DNA of 48,744 nt from Patescibacteria group bacterium (GCA_028288925.1 JAQGHG010000021.1:1-48744), one strand, 5' to 3'; positions 9,414-19,250 are shown, counted from the stretch's first letter. Notes: generated by a model from the sequence alone, not told the origin. Translations and numbers: made by a program.

Positions 9414-10251
9414 AACGTCTCCTTGCGCTCCGGCGCCAAATGAGCGCCAAGAGGTAGCCGGCGAAGGCGAAGGTAGTAATGAAGAACCCTAGCGGATATG
9501 GGGAATAAAAAGCCACAATCAAACTGAGCCAGGTGACAGCCAGGCCGATGGCGACGGCAAGGGTGATGCTCAAGACTGGATTGGGCGTTAATAATTGGGC
9601 GGTAGCAGGCGGTAGTACCAGCAGGGCGAATGCCAATAACGCGCCGGTTATCTGGCTGACCTCGGCCGCCGCCAGCCCCAGTAAGACGAGGAAGGCTACC
9701 GATAGCATTCTTACAGGAACCCGGCGGGCTAGGGCGACGTCAGGGTCGGTGGCGGCGAAGAGGAGCGGCCGGCCCATCACGGCCAATGCGGCCAAGGAGA
9801 TAAGACCAACGATCAGCAGTGTCACAACTTGGCTGTCATTAATGCCCAGAAAACTACCAAAGAGCAACGAATTGACACCGTTTAGCGCGCCGTGATAGAG
9901 GCTCACGAAGAGAAAACCGGCCGCCAAGGCAAAGGCTTGTACCGTCCCAATAACCGCGGACTCTTCGCTGAGGGCGGCGCCGGGCTGACCGCCGCGTTTG
10001 GACGCGATGGCTATAATGAGCGCCGCCGAGATACTAAAGGCAAAGAAGCCAAAGGTGGCGCTCACCCCCAGCAGTGTGGCGGCGGCGGCCCCCGGAAAAG
10101 CCACGACAGCCAAAGTGTGTCCGCCAAAGCTTTGGCGGCGCAGCACCATGAACCAGCCAATGATGCCGGCGGCAATGGCGACGATTGTCCCGGCGCGGAA
10201 CGCGTTGACCATAAAATGGTAGGTAAATATTTGGTTTAGGCTATCGAACAT
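9400..10251 (-). CDS. Zn/Mn ABC transporter permease
   Basis: ABC-3 motifs (GHTLAVVAFPGAA, LFGSFLG); start at ATG 10251 coupled to the ATPase stop. Confidence 0.9.
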   Translation of the reverse strand: MFDSLNQIFTYHFMVNAFRAGTIVAIAAGIIGWFMVLRRQSFGGHTLAVVAFPGAAAATLLGVSATFGFFAFSISAALIIAIASKRGGQPGAALSEESAVIGTVQAFALAAGFLFVSLYHGALNGVNSLLFGSFLGINDSQVVTLLIVGLISLAALAVMGRPLLFAATDPDVALARRVPVRMLSVAFLVLLGLAAAEVSQITGALLAFALLVLPPATAQLLTPNPVLSITLAVAIGLAVTWLSLIVAFYSPYPLGFFITTFAFAGYLLALIWRRSARRRYVAQ

Positions 10252-11080
10252 GGCGGTTCCCATGGGCCGCTGGGGCTTCGGGCTCCCCCACCACGACCAA
10301 CCGTCCATTGGCCGCCTTCAGGACTTCGATCGGCACGCCATAGAGGCGCGTGAGCATTTCGCTGGTGATGATATCACGCGGTTTGCCCGCCACGATACCG
10401 CCGTGAGCGATATACACCACTTTGTCGAGATAGCCGAGAATGGGGTTTACGTCGTGAGCCACCATTATGACCGTCACGCCCTCGTCACGGCAGATCTGCC
10501 GGATGAGCGCCGCGACCGAACTTTGATTGGTGAGGTCGAGGCTATCGAGCGGCTCGTCCAGGAGGAGGAGTTGGGGGCGGGGGGCGAGCGCCTGGGCGAT
10601 TAAGAGCCGCTGCTGCTCCCCTCCGGAGAGCTCGCCGATGGGCCGCTCGGCGTAGCTACCGGCGCCGACCAGCTCGACTACCTCCGCGACGCGGGCTTCG
10701 GCCTGGCGCTGGCGCGGGCCGCCGAAGATACCCAGCAGCGGCACGCCCCAACGGTGGCCGTCCAACCCCAGCCTCACCACATCGACGCCGCGAATGCGCA
10801 TACTGGCATCGAAGCTGCGGCGCTGGGGCAAGTAGCCGATTTGACCGTTGGCCCGGCCCGGTGCGGCGCCTATCACCCGTATCTGGCCGGCACTCAGAGG
10901 CTGGAGCCCCAGAGCAGCCTTGATGAGCGTGGACTTGCCGGCACCGTTGGGGCCCAACACCGCCACAAACTCCCCTTGCCCAATGCGAACGTTGGCATCG
11001 CTCCAGATGGTCCGCCGACCGATACGAGCTTCGGCACGGAGGAGTTCGAGGGCGGGGGGCTGCTGGGCGGTTTGAGGCAT
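10241..11080 (-). CDS. Metal ABC transporter ATP-binding protein
   Basis: GPNGAGKS, LSGGEQQR, LLLLDEP, H-loop VAHD. Confidence 0.95.
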   Translation of the reverse strand: MPQTAQQPPALELLRAEARIGRRTIWSDANVRIGQGEFVAVLGPNGAGKSTLIKAALGLQPLSAGQIRVIGAAPGRANGQIGYLPQRRSFDASMRIRGVDVVRLGLDGHRWGVPLLGIFGGPRQRQAEARVAEVVELVGAGSYAERPIGELSGGEQQRLLIAQALAPRPQLLLLDEPLDSLDLTNQSSVAALIRQICRDEGVTVIMVAHDVNPILGYLDKVVYIAHGGIVAGKPRDIITSEMLTRLYGVPIEVLKAANGRLVVVGEPEAPAAHGNRHVR

Positions 11081-11081
11081 A

Positions 11082-12041
11082 TTATCTTCCGGTAGCTTTG
11101 GCTAGATTATCACGTAAGCGCCGCAATTGGTCCACTTGCCAGTCTTGGAAGCTGCTATTGGCCGGCACGGGTGTTTCGGTGATGGTGACCACGGGAATAC
11201 CGGCGGTCTTGGCCTCATCAACCTGACGCGTGACATCGGGGGAGGAATTTTGACTGTTGTAGACGTACACTTTGATCTGCTTTCCGGTAATTTGCTGGTC
11301 GGTGGCGGCTTTGTCGGCCGCGGTCGGGTCGGTGCCTTCGCTCATGGCGGTGAGGAAACTTTCCGGTGTGATGAGATTGAGGCCGAGCGATTTCGCTAAA
11401 GGCGTAAAAATGCTTTCCGAAGCGCCGACTGAAACCCCTGCGTACTTGGACTTTATTTCGCTAATAAGCGCATTATACTGCTTGAGGCCGTTATTTTCAT
11501 AGGCGGTCCGCTGTTGGTCGAAGTAGGCGGCATCGGCGGGGCGCAGGACCTTATAGCTCTCGGTGATGTGGGCGATGACGGCACGCACGCTCTCGGGCGA
11601 ATACCACTGGTGAGGGTTTCCGCCGGGTGCGATACCAACCAGATCACCTACCTTGAGCGTCTTGGCCGAGGTTTTACTGGCGGATAGGAGTTTGTCCATC
11701 CATGGGTCGTAGCCAATCCCGTTGATGATGACGTACCGCGCATCGGCCACTGTCCGGCTGTCGGCGGCGGTCGGCTCGTACGAGTGCGGGTCAGTGTCGG
11801 GGTTGTTAATGATGTTTGTGACTTTTACACGGTCGCCGCCAAGCTGGGCCGCGATGGAACCCCAAAAGTTCTCGGCGGCCACTACTCTGATGGCTCCACT
11901 CTGGCTACTGCTTTGGCTGCCGGGCTTGGCGGCCAAAGCTAAGCCGACAACCACCGCGATAATGATTATAACGGCGATGAGGGTAGGGATATTTGATCTT
12001 AACGACGAAGCATTATCTGGGCTCGGCCCTTGGGATTTCAT
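11082..12041 (-). CDS. Zn/Mn ABC transporter substrate-binding protein (ZnuA/TroA family)
   Basis: N-terminal TM, DPHSYEPT, NPHQW motifs. Confidence 0.92.
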   Translation of the reverse strand: MKSQGPSPDNASSLRSNIPTLIAVIIIIAVVVGLALAAKPGSQSSSQSGAIRVVAAENFWGSIAAQLGGDRVKVTNIINNPDTDPHSYEPTAADSRTVADARYVIINGIGYDPWMDKLLSASKTSAKTLKVGDLVGIAPGGNPHQWYSPESVRAVIAHITESYKVLRPADAAYFDQQRTAYENNGLKQYNALISEIKSKYAGVSVGASESIFTPLAKSLGLNLITPESFLTAMSEGTDPTAADKAATDQQITGKQIKVYVYNSQNSSPDVTRQVDEAKTAGIPVVTITETPVPANSSFQDWQVDQLRRLRDNLAKATGR

Positions 12042-12095
12042 GGAGACTCCTTTTGTGATGGTGTTTAAGTCTGTAGGGTACGGGAATTGAACTTT

Positions 12096-12126
12096 AATTG
12101 CAAATTTGTCGCAATTGGGTTATGAT
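12096..12126. promoter_or_regulatory. Putative Fur/Zur operator overlapping the regulator's promoter
   Basis: Palindrome AATTGC-N9-GCAATT (12096-12116); TTGCAA-N17-TATGAT ends 7 nt before ATG 12134. Confidence 0.55.
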
Positions 12127-12133
12127 TCTGCAA

Positions 12134-12544
12134 ATGATTGATAAATTTAAGCAACATCTCAAGCACGCCGGCCAAAAGGTTACCCAGCCGCGACTGGCGG
12201 CTTTCGCCTTTCTACAGGAACACGACCCCACTACGGCGGCGGCGATGATTGAGTATTTGGCGCCGGCGATTGACCGGGCAAGTGTCTACCGGGCCTTGGC
12301 GCTATTTCGCAACCTGGATATTGTTCACGACATTGTGGCAGGCGGTCACCGAATGATTGAGTTGACCGATAGTTTTGACAGCCACCACCATCATCTTTCT
12401 TGCACGCGGTGCGGACAGCATGAAAGCATCGAAGACGATGAGATCGAGCGGCAGCTTTCGGCGGTCGCGCGGGCACGAGGCTTCGCGCCGACGAGCCACC
12501 AGATCCAGATCAGCGGGCTATGCCGGATGTGCCGGCAAGCATAA
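12134..12544 (+). CDS. Fur family regulator (Zur-like)
   Basis: TQPR..SVYRAL, HHHHLSCTRCG, C-terminal CRMC; divergent from the metal ABC operon. Confidence 0.9.
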   Translation: MIDKFKQHLKHAGQKVTQPRLAAFAFLQEHDPTTAAAMIEYLAPAIDRASVYRALALFRNLDIVHDIVAGGHRMIELTDSFDSHHHHLSCTRCGQHESIEDDEIERQLSAVARARGFAPTSHQIQISGLCRMCRQA

Positions 12545-12601
12545 GGGTCTTTAGCCTTTTTGCATTTTTGGTACAATACTCGCATAAGTAGAGGAACAAC
12601 A

Positions 12602-12781
12602 ATGGCCAAACATACTGAGGTAACGAAGGATTACGGCGCCGGCGGAGTGGCGTTGGCGGGTTGTTTTATCGGCGGCGTGGGTGTTGGCTTGGCGATCAAC
12701 CCTCAATCTATCCTTCCGGGAGCAATTATTGGCTTGGGCGTGGGCCTGGTCGTGATGGCGGTGATGGCACGTTCGCACTAA
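12602..12781 (+). CDS. Small two-TM membrane protein
   Basis: GAGGA RBS, 59 aa with two Gly-rich hydrophobic helices. Confidence 0.6.
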   Translation: MAKHTEVTKDYGAGGVALAGCFIGGVGVGLAINPQSILPGAIIGLGVGLVVMAVMARSH

Positions 12782-12811
12782 TCGTACGGATACACCGGAG
12801 CGGGGGTAGAA

Positions 12812-13468
12812 GTGCAGCGTATTAAGTATTTCTTTGGATTCTTCCCGTCGGAGCTGTTTTATAGGCTCTCGGCGGTTTCGGTGTGTTTTTGGGCGCCTAT
12901 CGCATTGTTTGTAGTGCTGGCCAACGAGGTAAAAGAGCACGAGCTCTTATACGGGGATTACGCGATCTTGCAGGCTATCCATAGCATGGCGTCGCCGGCC
13001 CTGGACGGGCTGGCCATGGTCATAACCAATGCCGGCGGCCCAGGATTTATTTTGGCCGCCACGCTCATGCTGACGCTGGTACTCGCCCGGCGCCGACAGC
13101 GGCGGCTAGCGAGCTTCGCAATGTTCGCCGTGGGCAGCGCGGTGGTGATGAACACAGTTCTGAAACTGATCTTCCAGCGCAGCCGGCCGTCGCTTTGGCA
13201 GACGCTCGTGACCGAGAAGAGCTACTCGTTTCCGAGCGGTCACGCCATGGCCAGCAGCGCCTTGGCCTTTGCGGTGATCGCTTTGTGTTGGCATACCAAG
13301 TGGCGCTGGTACGTAGTCGCGGGCGCCACGGCATACTTTGTCGCGGTGGGGCTGAGCCGGGTGTATCTGGGAGTGCACTATCCGTCCGATGTGCTAGGAG
13401 CGTGGTGTATTAGCCTGGCGTGGGTGGTTACGATTTATGCGGTGGCGCGGAAATACGGCAACCGGTAG
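12812..13468 (+). CDS. PAP2 family phosphatase
   Basis: K..F.R.RP, SFPSGHA, SRVYLGVHYPSDV motifs. Confidence 0.93.
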   Translation: MQRIKYFFGFFPSELFYRLSAVSVCFWAPIALFVVLANEVKEHELLYGDYAILQAIHSMASPALDGLAMVITNAGGPGFILAATLMLTLVLARRRQRRLASFAMFAVGSAVVMNTVLKLIFQRSRPSLWQTLVTEKSYSFPSGHAMASSALAFAVIALCWHTKWRWYVVAGATAYFVAVGLSRVYLGVHYPSDVLGAWCISLAWVVTIYAVARKYGNR

Positions 13469-13498
13469 CCGGCTACTGGCTCGACGCGAGTGGGATAG

Positions 13499-16279
13499 TT
13501 ACGCATCGGCGGCCGGCCGGCTATCGTTGTCATCGAGTTTCTCTCTAAAGGCCGGCTTTTTGGCGGAGGGCTTATTTTTGGTTTTTGGCGCGCCGGCAGG
13601 CTCATCCGTGGGCTGGAAGATGACATTGTCTTCGTGATCGTCGTAGGTGACCCGGATGGTGGAACCTTCTGTGATATGGCCGCTTAATATTTCTTTGGCG
13701 AGCCGGTTTTCGAGTTCGCTTTTGATGACGCGGCGCAGTTGGCGGGCGCCGTACTCCGGTATGTAGCCGGCCTCGGCCAGGTGGTTGACGAACGAATCGT
13801 CGAACATAAGCTCAATGCCTTGTCCGCGGGCCAGGCGTTTTACCCGCTCCAGCTGCAGGCCGGCGATTGATTTGATCTGATCTCTGGTAAGGGCGTGGAA
13901 GACGATGATCTCATCGACGCGATTGATAAACTCGGGGCGGAAGTGAATCCGCAGTTCTTCCATGAGTTGGCTTTTGAGCTGGTCATAGGACTGCTTGCCT
14001 GCTTTCTGGCGAGTGAGGTTGTCCTGGATGATATGGGCGCCGAGGTTTGAAGTGGCAATGATGATGGTGTTGGAGAAATCAACCACCCGCCCCTTGCCGT
14101 CGGTGAGCCGGCCGTCATCGAAGACTTGCAGGAGAATGTTGTGAACGTCGGGGTGAGCTTTTTCGATCTCGTCGAGCAGCAGCACGCTGTAAGGCCGGCG
14201 CCGGATGCGCTCGGTGAGCTGGCCGCCTTCGTCGTAGCCGACATAGCCGGGCGGAGCGCCGATGAGGCGCGAGACGGTGTGACGCTCCATGTACTCGCTC
14301 ATGTCGATGCGGGTAACGGCCTCTTCATCGCCGAAGACGATCCAGGCCAGCGTCTTGGCCAGTTCGGTTTTGCCGACGCCGGTGGGGCCGAGGAATATAA
14401 AGGTGGCGACGGGCCGGTGGCCTTCGGTGAGGCCGGCGCGAGAGGCACGGATGGCGTCGGAGACGGCACTTATGGCCTCGTCCTGGCCGATGACGCGCTC
14501 GTGTAGGCGCTCTTCGAGCTTCAGCAAGCGGTCTTTTTCGGCTTGCGTAAGCTCGGTAACGGGAATGCCGGTGATGCGCGAGACCACCTGGGCCACGTGC
14601 GCCGCCAGTACTTCTTGGGAGGTCACGCCTTTTTGGCCGCGCCATTGTTCTCGCAGCCGTTCCTTTCGCGTGGAGAGGTCGGATATCTCGCGGTCTAGGT
14701 ATTTGGCTTTGTCGAATTGTTTGTGATTGGTGGCGTATTCTTGCTCGCGGCGCTGATGGGCGATCTGGTCGTCCAGACCGGAGATCTCGCGAGAAAACGT
14801 GTCGGCGCCGATGCGCACGCGGGAGGCGGCCTGGTCGATGAGATCGATGGCCTTGTCGGGCAGATAGCGATTGGCGATGTAGCGGTCGGACAGCTCGGCG
14901 GCAGCCACGATGGCTTCATCGGTGATTTTGACTTTGTGATGGGCCTCGTAGCGATCGCGCAGGCCACGCAGGATCTCGATGGTTTGCTCGGGCGTGGGCT
15001 CGCCGACGAAGACCGGCTGGAACCGACGCTCCAGGGCGGCGTCCTTCTCGATGTGTTTCTGGTATTCGTCGAGCGTGGTGGCGCCGATGAGGTGGAGTTC
15101 GCCGCGGGCGAGGGAGGGCTTGATGACGTTTGAGACGTCGAGGCCGCCTTCGCCGCCGCCTTGGCCGGAGCCCACGATGGTATGGAGTTCGTCGATAAAG
15201 ATTACCAGCTCGTCCTGGTGCGCTACGATTTCGTCCAGCACGGCCTTGAGGCGCTCCTCGAACTCGCCGCGGTATTTGGCGCCGGCCACAATGGCGTTAA
15301 GGTTCACCTCGACGACGCGCTTATCTTGCAGGGTTTGAGGGACGTTGCCGCTCAGAATGCGCTGGGCGAGCCCCTCCACGATGGCTGTCTTGCCGACACC
15401 CGGCTCGCCGATGAGCGCCGGGTTGTTTTTGGTGCGGCGCGATAGAATCTCGATGGTGGCCGCGATCTCCTCGGCCCGGCCGATGACCGGATCGAGCTTG
15501 CCTTGTTTGGCGAGGCCGCTGAGGTCGCGTGAGTATTTGTCGAGCTGCGGCGTGGTGGTCCGCGCCTCCACGCGGCCTTCGCGGGCGCCCTGGCCGACGA
15601 CTTTGACGGCTTTTTGGCGGAGCGATTCGGCGGCGAGGCCATATTTGCGTAACACGTCCCCCGCCAGGCTTTCGTCTTCGCCCGCGAGAGCAATCAACAA
15701 ATGCTCCGGCCCGATATAGCTATGGCCCATTTCCCGCGATATACCGAAAGCGTGCTCCAGTACGCTTTTGACGCGGGGCGAGACTGAGATTTCGAGCGTG
15801 CCCTCCGGTGGCGCCTGGCGGTCGCCTTTGGGCGCGTTGGCCTGAATGTACTCCTTGAGGTCACCGGCGCCGACCCTGAATTGCCGCAAGATCTCGGCCA
15901 CTACATCGCTATCGGCGAGGGCGTAGAGCAGGTGTTCGGTGTCGATCTCGGCGCGGCCAAATTCTACCGCTTTTTCGGCCGCCCGCTGGAGAAGTTCTTT
16001 GGTGTGCTCCGAGATAAATTCTTCGATATTGGTAGCCTCGCGGTCCCGTGGCACGGGGTAGCCCAGCTGCGAGGAGAAGGCCGGAAAGTCATCCGAGAGC
16101 ATGTCAAACATACCGCCGGAAAACAGCGAATTGAAAGGCGACCCCATGGCTTGTTGTTGCCTAAGCCGCGCGTAATCAATATTACATAATTCTAACGTCA
16201 TCTCGCGTCCGTCACGGCTTACCTTGGCCGCGTGAGTAGACGGCCGCCGCTTGCAGATGTCACATATGCCATTTGCCAT
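13499..16279 (-). CDS. Hsp100/Clp AAA+ ATPase of ClpG/ClpK type
   Basis: N-terminal CxxC..C module, Clp-N repeats (EFGRAEIDTEHLL, VSPRVK), GEPGVGKT and GPTGVGKT, GQGGGEGGLDV; no IGF loop recognised. Confidence 0.85.
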   Translation of the reverse strand: MANGICDICKRRPSTHAAKVSRDGREMTLELCNIDYARLRQQQAMGSPFNSLFSGGMFDMLSDDFPAFSSQLGYPVPRDREATNIEEFISEHTKELLQRAAEKAVEFGRAEIDTEHLLYALADSDVVAEILRQFRVGAGDLKEYIQANAPKGDRQAPPEGTLEISVSPRVKSVLEHAFGISREMGHSYIGPEHLLIALAGEDESLAGDVLRKYGLAAESLRQKAVKVVGQGAREGRVEARTTTPQLDKYSRDLSGLAKQGKLDPVIGRAEEIAATIEILSRRTKNNPALIGEPGVGKTAIVEGLAQRILSGNVPQTLQDKRVVEVNLNAIVAGAKYRGEFEERLKAVLDEIVAHQDELVIFIDELHTIVGSGQGGGEGGLDVSNVIKPSLARGELHLIGATTLDEYQKHIEKDAALERRFQPVFVGEPTPEQTIEILRGLRDRYEAHHKVKITDEAIVAAAELSDRYIANRYLPDKAIDLIDQAASRVRIGADTFSREISGLDDQIAHQRREQEYATNHKQFDKAKYLDREISDLSTRKERLREQWRGQKGVTSQEVLAAHVAQVVSRITGIPVTELTQAEKDRLLKLEERLHERVIGQDEAISAVSDAIRASRAGLTEGHRPVATFIFLGPTGVGKTELAKTLAWIVFGDEEAVTRIDMSEYMERHTVSRLIGAPPGYVGYDEGGQLTERIRRRPYSVLLLDEIEKAHPDVHNILLQVFDDGRLTDGKGRVVDFSNTIIIATSNLGAHIIQDNLTRQKAGKQSYDQLKSQLMEELRIHFRPEFINRVDEIIVFHALTRDQIKSIAGLQLERVKRLARGQGIELMFDDSFVNHLAEAGYIPEYGARQLRRVIKSELENRLAKEILSGHITEGSTIRVTYDDHEDNVIFQPTDEPAGAPKTKNKPSAKKPAFREKLDDNDSRPAADA

Positions 16280-16652
16280 AGTGCCCCTCCTTCCCGAGTC
16301 TGTCCGTTTTTATCATCCCTGAGCGACCCAGATAATTCACTGGCGATAGTTACATAATATTCTCCACCCCGCGCGGTCGGCGGCCTTGGATGATCGGCTG
16401 TCACTCCGGCGAAACACTTATGGTATGCCCGAAAAACGAGTGTCTCTCCCACTAGCGATTATCGAGGTTAATTTCCGGCTTAATTTGTTTCTTCCGGCAC
16501 ACGGCGGATAGAGGTGAGACAATGCCCTCAGCTAGAACCATAGTGGTATTTTGCCTGCGCTGTGTCGATTAGACCTCGCTGCTTGGAGCCGCCGTGTGAC
16601 CTAATCCCTATTCAGCGGGCATTAAGCGCTCCAGCCAAGAAGGTGGGGACGA

Positions 16653-17000
16653 ATGACACGTCATCAGCACGAGATATTAAAGACCAGCACCGAGAAGCGC
16701 ATTCTCAACGAATTTGGGTCTAAGATACTTAACGAGGAGCGGCTAGACAACGTGATCCTGCTGAGGAAGAGCGGACACTTAACCGACCATTCGGATATGC
16801 CCTTTTATTGCGAATGCGATGACTCAGAATGTGTCGAAACTATCGCGATGTCTACCGACGAATACCAGCGGATGCACCTCAGGAGCAAATACTTTACTGT
16901 GGCGCCCAGCCATGTCCGTCTCGATTTGGAGGAGATTGTAGATTCCTTCAGCACCTACTCCCTCGTGAGGAAGTTTTTTCCTCGGCCTAAGGTGCATTAG
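16653..17000 (+). CDS. Hypothetical protein with F-x-CEC-x4-C...H putative metal site
   Basis: 115 aa ORF with purine-rich RBS; FYCECDDSEC..EY..F.VAPSH. Confidence 0.6.
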   Translation: MTRHQHEILKTSTEKRILNEFGSKILNEERLDNVILLRKSGHLTDHSDMPFYCECDDSECVETIAMSTDEYQRMHLRSKYFTVAPSHVRLDLEEIVDSFSTYSLVRKFFPRPKVH

Positions 17001-17023
17001 GAATGTCAGCATCTCGAGTTCGC

Positions 17024-17500
17024 CTACGCGTCGAGCTGTGTTTCCATGTGCTTAAGAAGCCGCCCGTTCAGTTCCTCCAGCTTCATCAGGGCAGTTTTAA
17101 ATTCGGTAATATCTATTGCTACAGTATAGATGCCAACGACTTGGCCTTTTTCTCTAATCGGCTCCACTCTAATGTCGTTATAATATATGTCACCCTCCTG
17201 TCCGCCGTTGAGTGTACTCTTAAACATCTCTCGTACGCCTTTTTTGCCTTCGAGCGCCCGTTTTTTGATAGCGGTGAGTTTTACCGCTTCACTAGCGGGG
17301 AGCCAATCAGCCTCGGTCTTGCCGATTAATTCCTCGCCTGCCATGCCAGGATGAGTGTTGAAGAAATGGGTATAGCGGAGGTTCAAATCTTGTTGCGATA
17401 TCGCGACTCCTGAGTTTCGCAAGGCGTTATCGAGGGTTGCCCGACTAGCCTTAATTTCTGATATAAGTTTTTTATGCCTATTCACATCTAGCTTCTCCAA
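17024..17500 (-). CDS. Stand-alone PAS-domain protein
   Basis: QDLNLRY..N....EELIGKT..D, PIRE.GQVVG....DITE followed by a coiled coil. Confidence 0.7.
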   Translation of the reverse strand: MEKLDVNRHKKLISEIKASRATLDNALRNSGVAISQQDLNLRYTHFFNTHPGMAGEELIGKTEADWLPASEAVKLTAIKKRALEGKKGVREMFKSTLNGGQEGDIYYNDIRVEPIREKGQVVGIYTVAIDITEFKTALMKLEELNGRLLKHMETQLDA

Positions 17501-17756
17501 TCCGGGCTTCGTAAAGGGAGGTGTCTTGTCGCAACCTTATGCTTCTAAATTTATGCCGTTAAATAGCTGCAATCATTGTGCAACATAACAAAGCGGCGAG
17601 CTTTAATTTGTGATTCCGCTTCATTATGACAAAAATGACAAGTTCGTTCAGGAAGCTGTAGTGGAAGAATTGCCGAGGCAGGTAGGTCACATGGGCCAAA
17701 GATTTACTTGCCCATCCATGTTGTGTTGTCTGAGCTCCTTGTGCTTACTGTGAGCG

Positions 17757-17894
17757 TCATACACCGCTCCGACTGCCAATCTGAGCGAGCACCCTGCTAA
17801 GGGCGATGGACGCGGCAGAGCATTGGCCGGTCGAGACAGGCTTATACCGATAGGACTTGAGTGCGGTTTGGATTGCTGAATCGTTGAATGACAT
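17757..17894 (-). CDS. Putative 45-aa small protein (absent from the ORF track)
   Basis: GGAGG RBS before ATG 17894; MSFNDSAIQTALKSYRYKPVSTGQCSAASIALSRVLAQIGSRSGV*; downstream of a consensus promoter. Confidence 0.4.
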   Translation of the reverse strand: MSFNDSAIQTALKSYRYKPVSTGQCSAASIALSRVLAQIGSRSGV

Positions 17895-18076
17895 TTACGA
17901 CCTCCATTTCCAGTCGCCTAGTTGAAATAGGCTTAGTACTACAAATTGTTGGGTTCTTATGGCGGCGGTTCGCGCGCGCCCTGAAGAACGGTTGGTAATT
18001 ACTTATAGCAACTAGACGTTTGGAAAGGGATGTCTACTATCGAGAGAGCCGGGTGAGTTCCCGGGTAGGTGTATTA

Positions 18077-18105
18077 AATATAGCACAAGTGTTTCATTCT
18101 GTCAA
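18077..18105 (-). promoter_or_regulatory. Near-consensus sigma70 promoter with extended -10
   Basis: Minus strand TTGACA-N17-TATATT, with TGn directly before the -10. Confidence 0.7.
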
Positions 18106-18125
18106 GCTGTCGGGCCGCATAACTA

Positions 18126-18155
18126 AATTAAGAGGCACCTATGTGCCTCTTAATT
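18126..18155. terminator. Perfect 13-bp hairpin at the distal edge of the cassette array
   Basis: AATTAAGAGGCAC-CTAT-GTGCCTCTTAATT. Confidence 0.7.
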
Positions 18156-18435
18156 GCGGACTCGTGGAAGACGTCGCGGTGATGTGGCTTACTAACTAAC
18201 AAAAACGGGACTGGGACTTGGGGCTCGAACAGATTCTTAACTCGATCAGCTACATCTAGGAGCTTATTTATATCCTCCAATGTCTTCCACTTTTGATAAT
18301 ACAAAACGTAAATTATGAAATCAAGAGTCTTTTCGTATTAGTAGCCCGAACTGGGGGGGAACAGCTTCTCCTGAACGACGGCTTCCCGCTTGGCCGCCGA
18401 TGATGGTACTTCAGCCCGCTGTTGATATCGTGAGT

Positions 18436-18780
18436 CTATGCTGACTGAATGAGTCCGATGCTGTTGCCGTCAGCGTCCTTTACGTAGGCTACCAACATGC
18501 CTCCGCCCACATCTCTGGGCTCTTGCTGGCTCTCCGCCCCAGCCTCCAGCAGTGTTTGGAGGCTTGCTTTAATATCCGCGACATTGAAAAAGCCGACCGG
18601 GCCGGTCATGCCCAGCTGGTGGGCGTTGGGGTCCAGACCAAACTCTCGGTCACCGATCCTATAGCCGACATAATAAGCCTCGTCCACGTAAGGCTCGACT
18701 CCCAAAAGCGGGCCGTATAGTTTCTTGGCCGCCTCTAGGTCTTTGACGGGATAGTTAACGTGTTTGGTACCTTCGCTCAT
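18436..18780 (-). CDS. VOC/glyoxalase family protein
   Basis: PVKDLEAAKKLY..LLG, DVGGG...AYVKDADGNSIGL; GGAG RBS. Confidence 0.88.
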   Translation of the reverse strand: MSEGTKHVNYPVKDLEAAKKLYGPLLGVEPYVDEAYYVGYRIGDREFGLDPNAHQLGMTGPVGFFNVADIKASLQTLLEAGAESQQEPRDVGGGMLVAYVKDADGNSIGLIQSA

Positions 18781-18868
18781 GTAAGCACTCCCTAGCTAAT
18801 TGGGCTTAATTATACAGCAGGGCCACTAATTGATGTCATGACTAAGTCCAATTAGCCGAGCTCTAAGC

Positions 18869-19180
18869 CTAATAATACTTCTGCACCCACTCCAGCATCG
18901 TATTAATAGCGGGCAACAGCGCGGCGCCACGGTCAGTCATGGAGTACATCGTGCGAGGAGGGAACTCGTTGACGACTTCCTTGGTAACCATCCCGGCTTC
19001 TTCTATCGTTATGAGCCGCTGCGAGAGCGTCTTCGTGTTGATACCGCACAGCCCCTGCAGATCCGTGAACCGCTTCGGCCCGTCCCTCAGCTGCCACATA
19101 ATGAGCGCCGTCCATCTGTCGCCGACGAGGTCGAGCGCTTGTCTCAACGCGGCATCTTTTCTTCCGATATCTTCTTTCAT
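18869..19180 (-). CDS. HxlR family winged-helix regulator
   Basis: ALDLVGDRWT..GPKRF..INTKTLSQRL..PPRT.YSMT; ATG 19180 lies 6 nt after TATAAT. Confidence 0.9.
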   Translation of the reverse strand: MKEDIGRKDAALRQALDLVGDRWTALIMWQLRDGPKRFTDLQGLCGINTKTLSQRLITIEEAGMVTKEVVNEFPPRTMYSMTDRGAALLPAINTMLEWVQKYY

Positions 19181-19250
19181 GCTCAAATTATACATTACTT
19201 GACAATGTAAAGTCAAATACTTTACTATCTAAAGCTATAACGAGAACACT

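Noticed and set aside
18298-18400. Further junction at CTGGGGGGGA (18351)
   Set aside because: Only a G-run and a loose AATACAAAA resemblance; no hairpin arm in register and no recognisable tail
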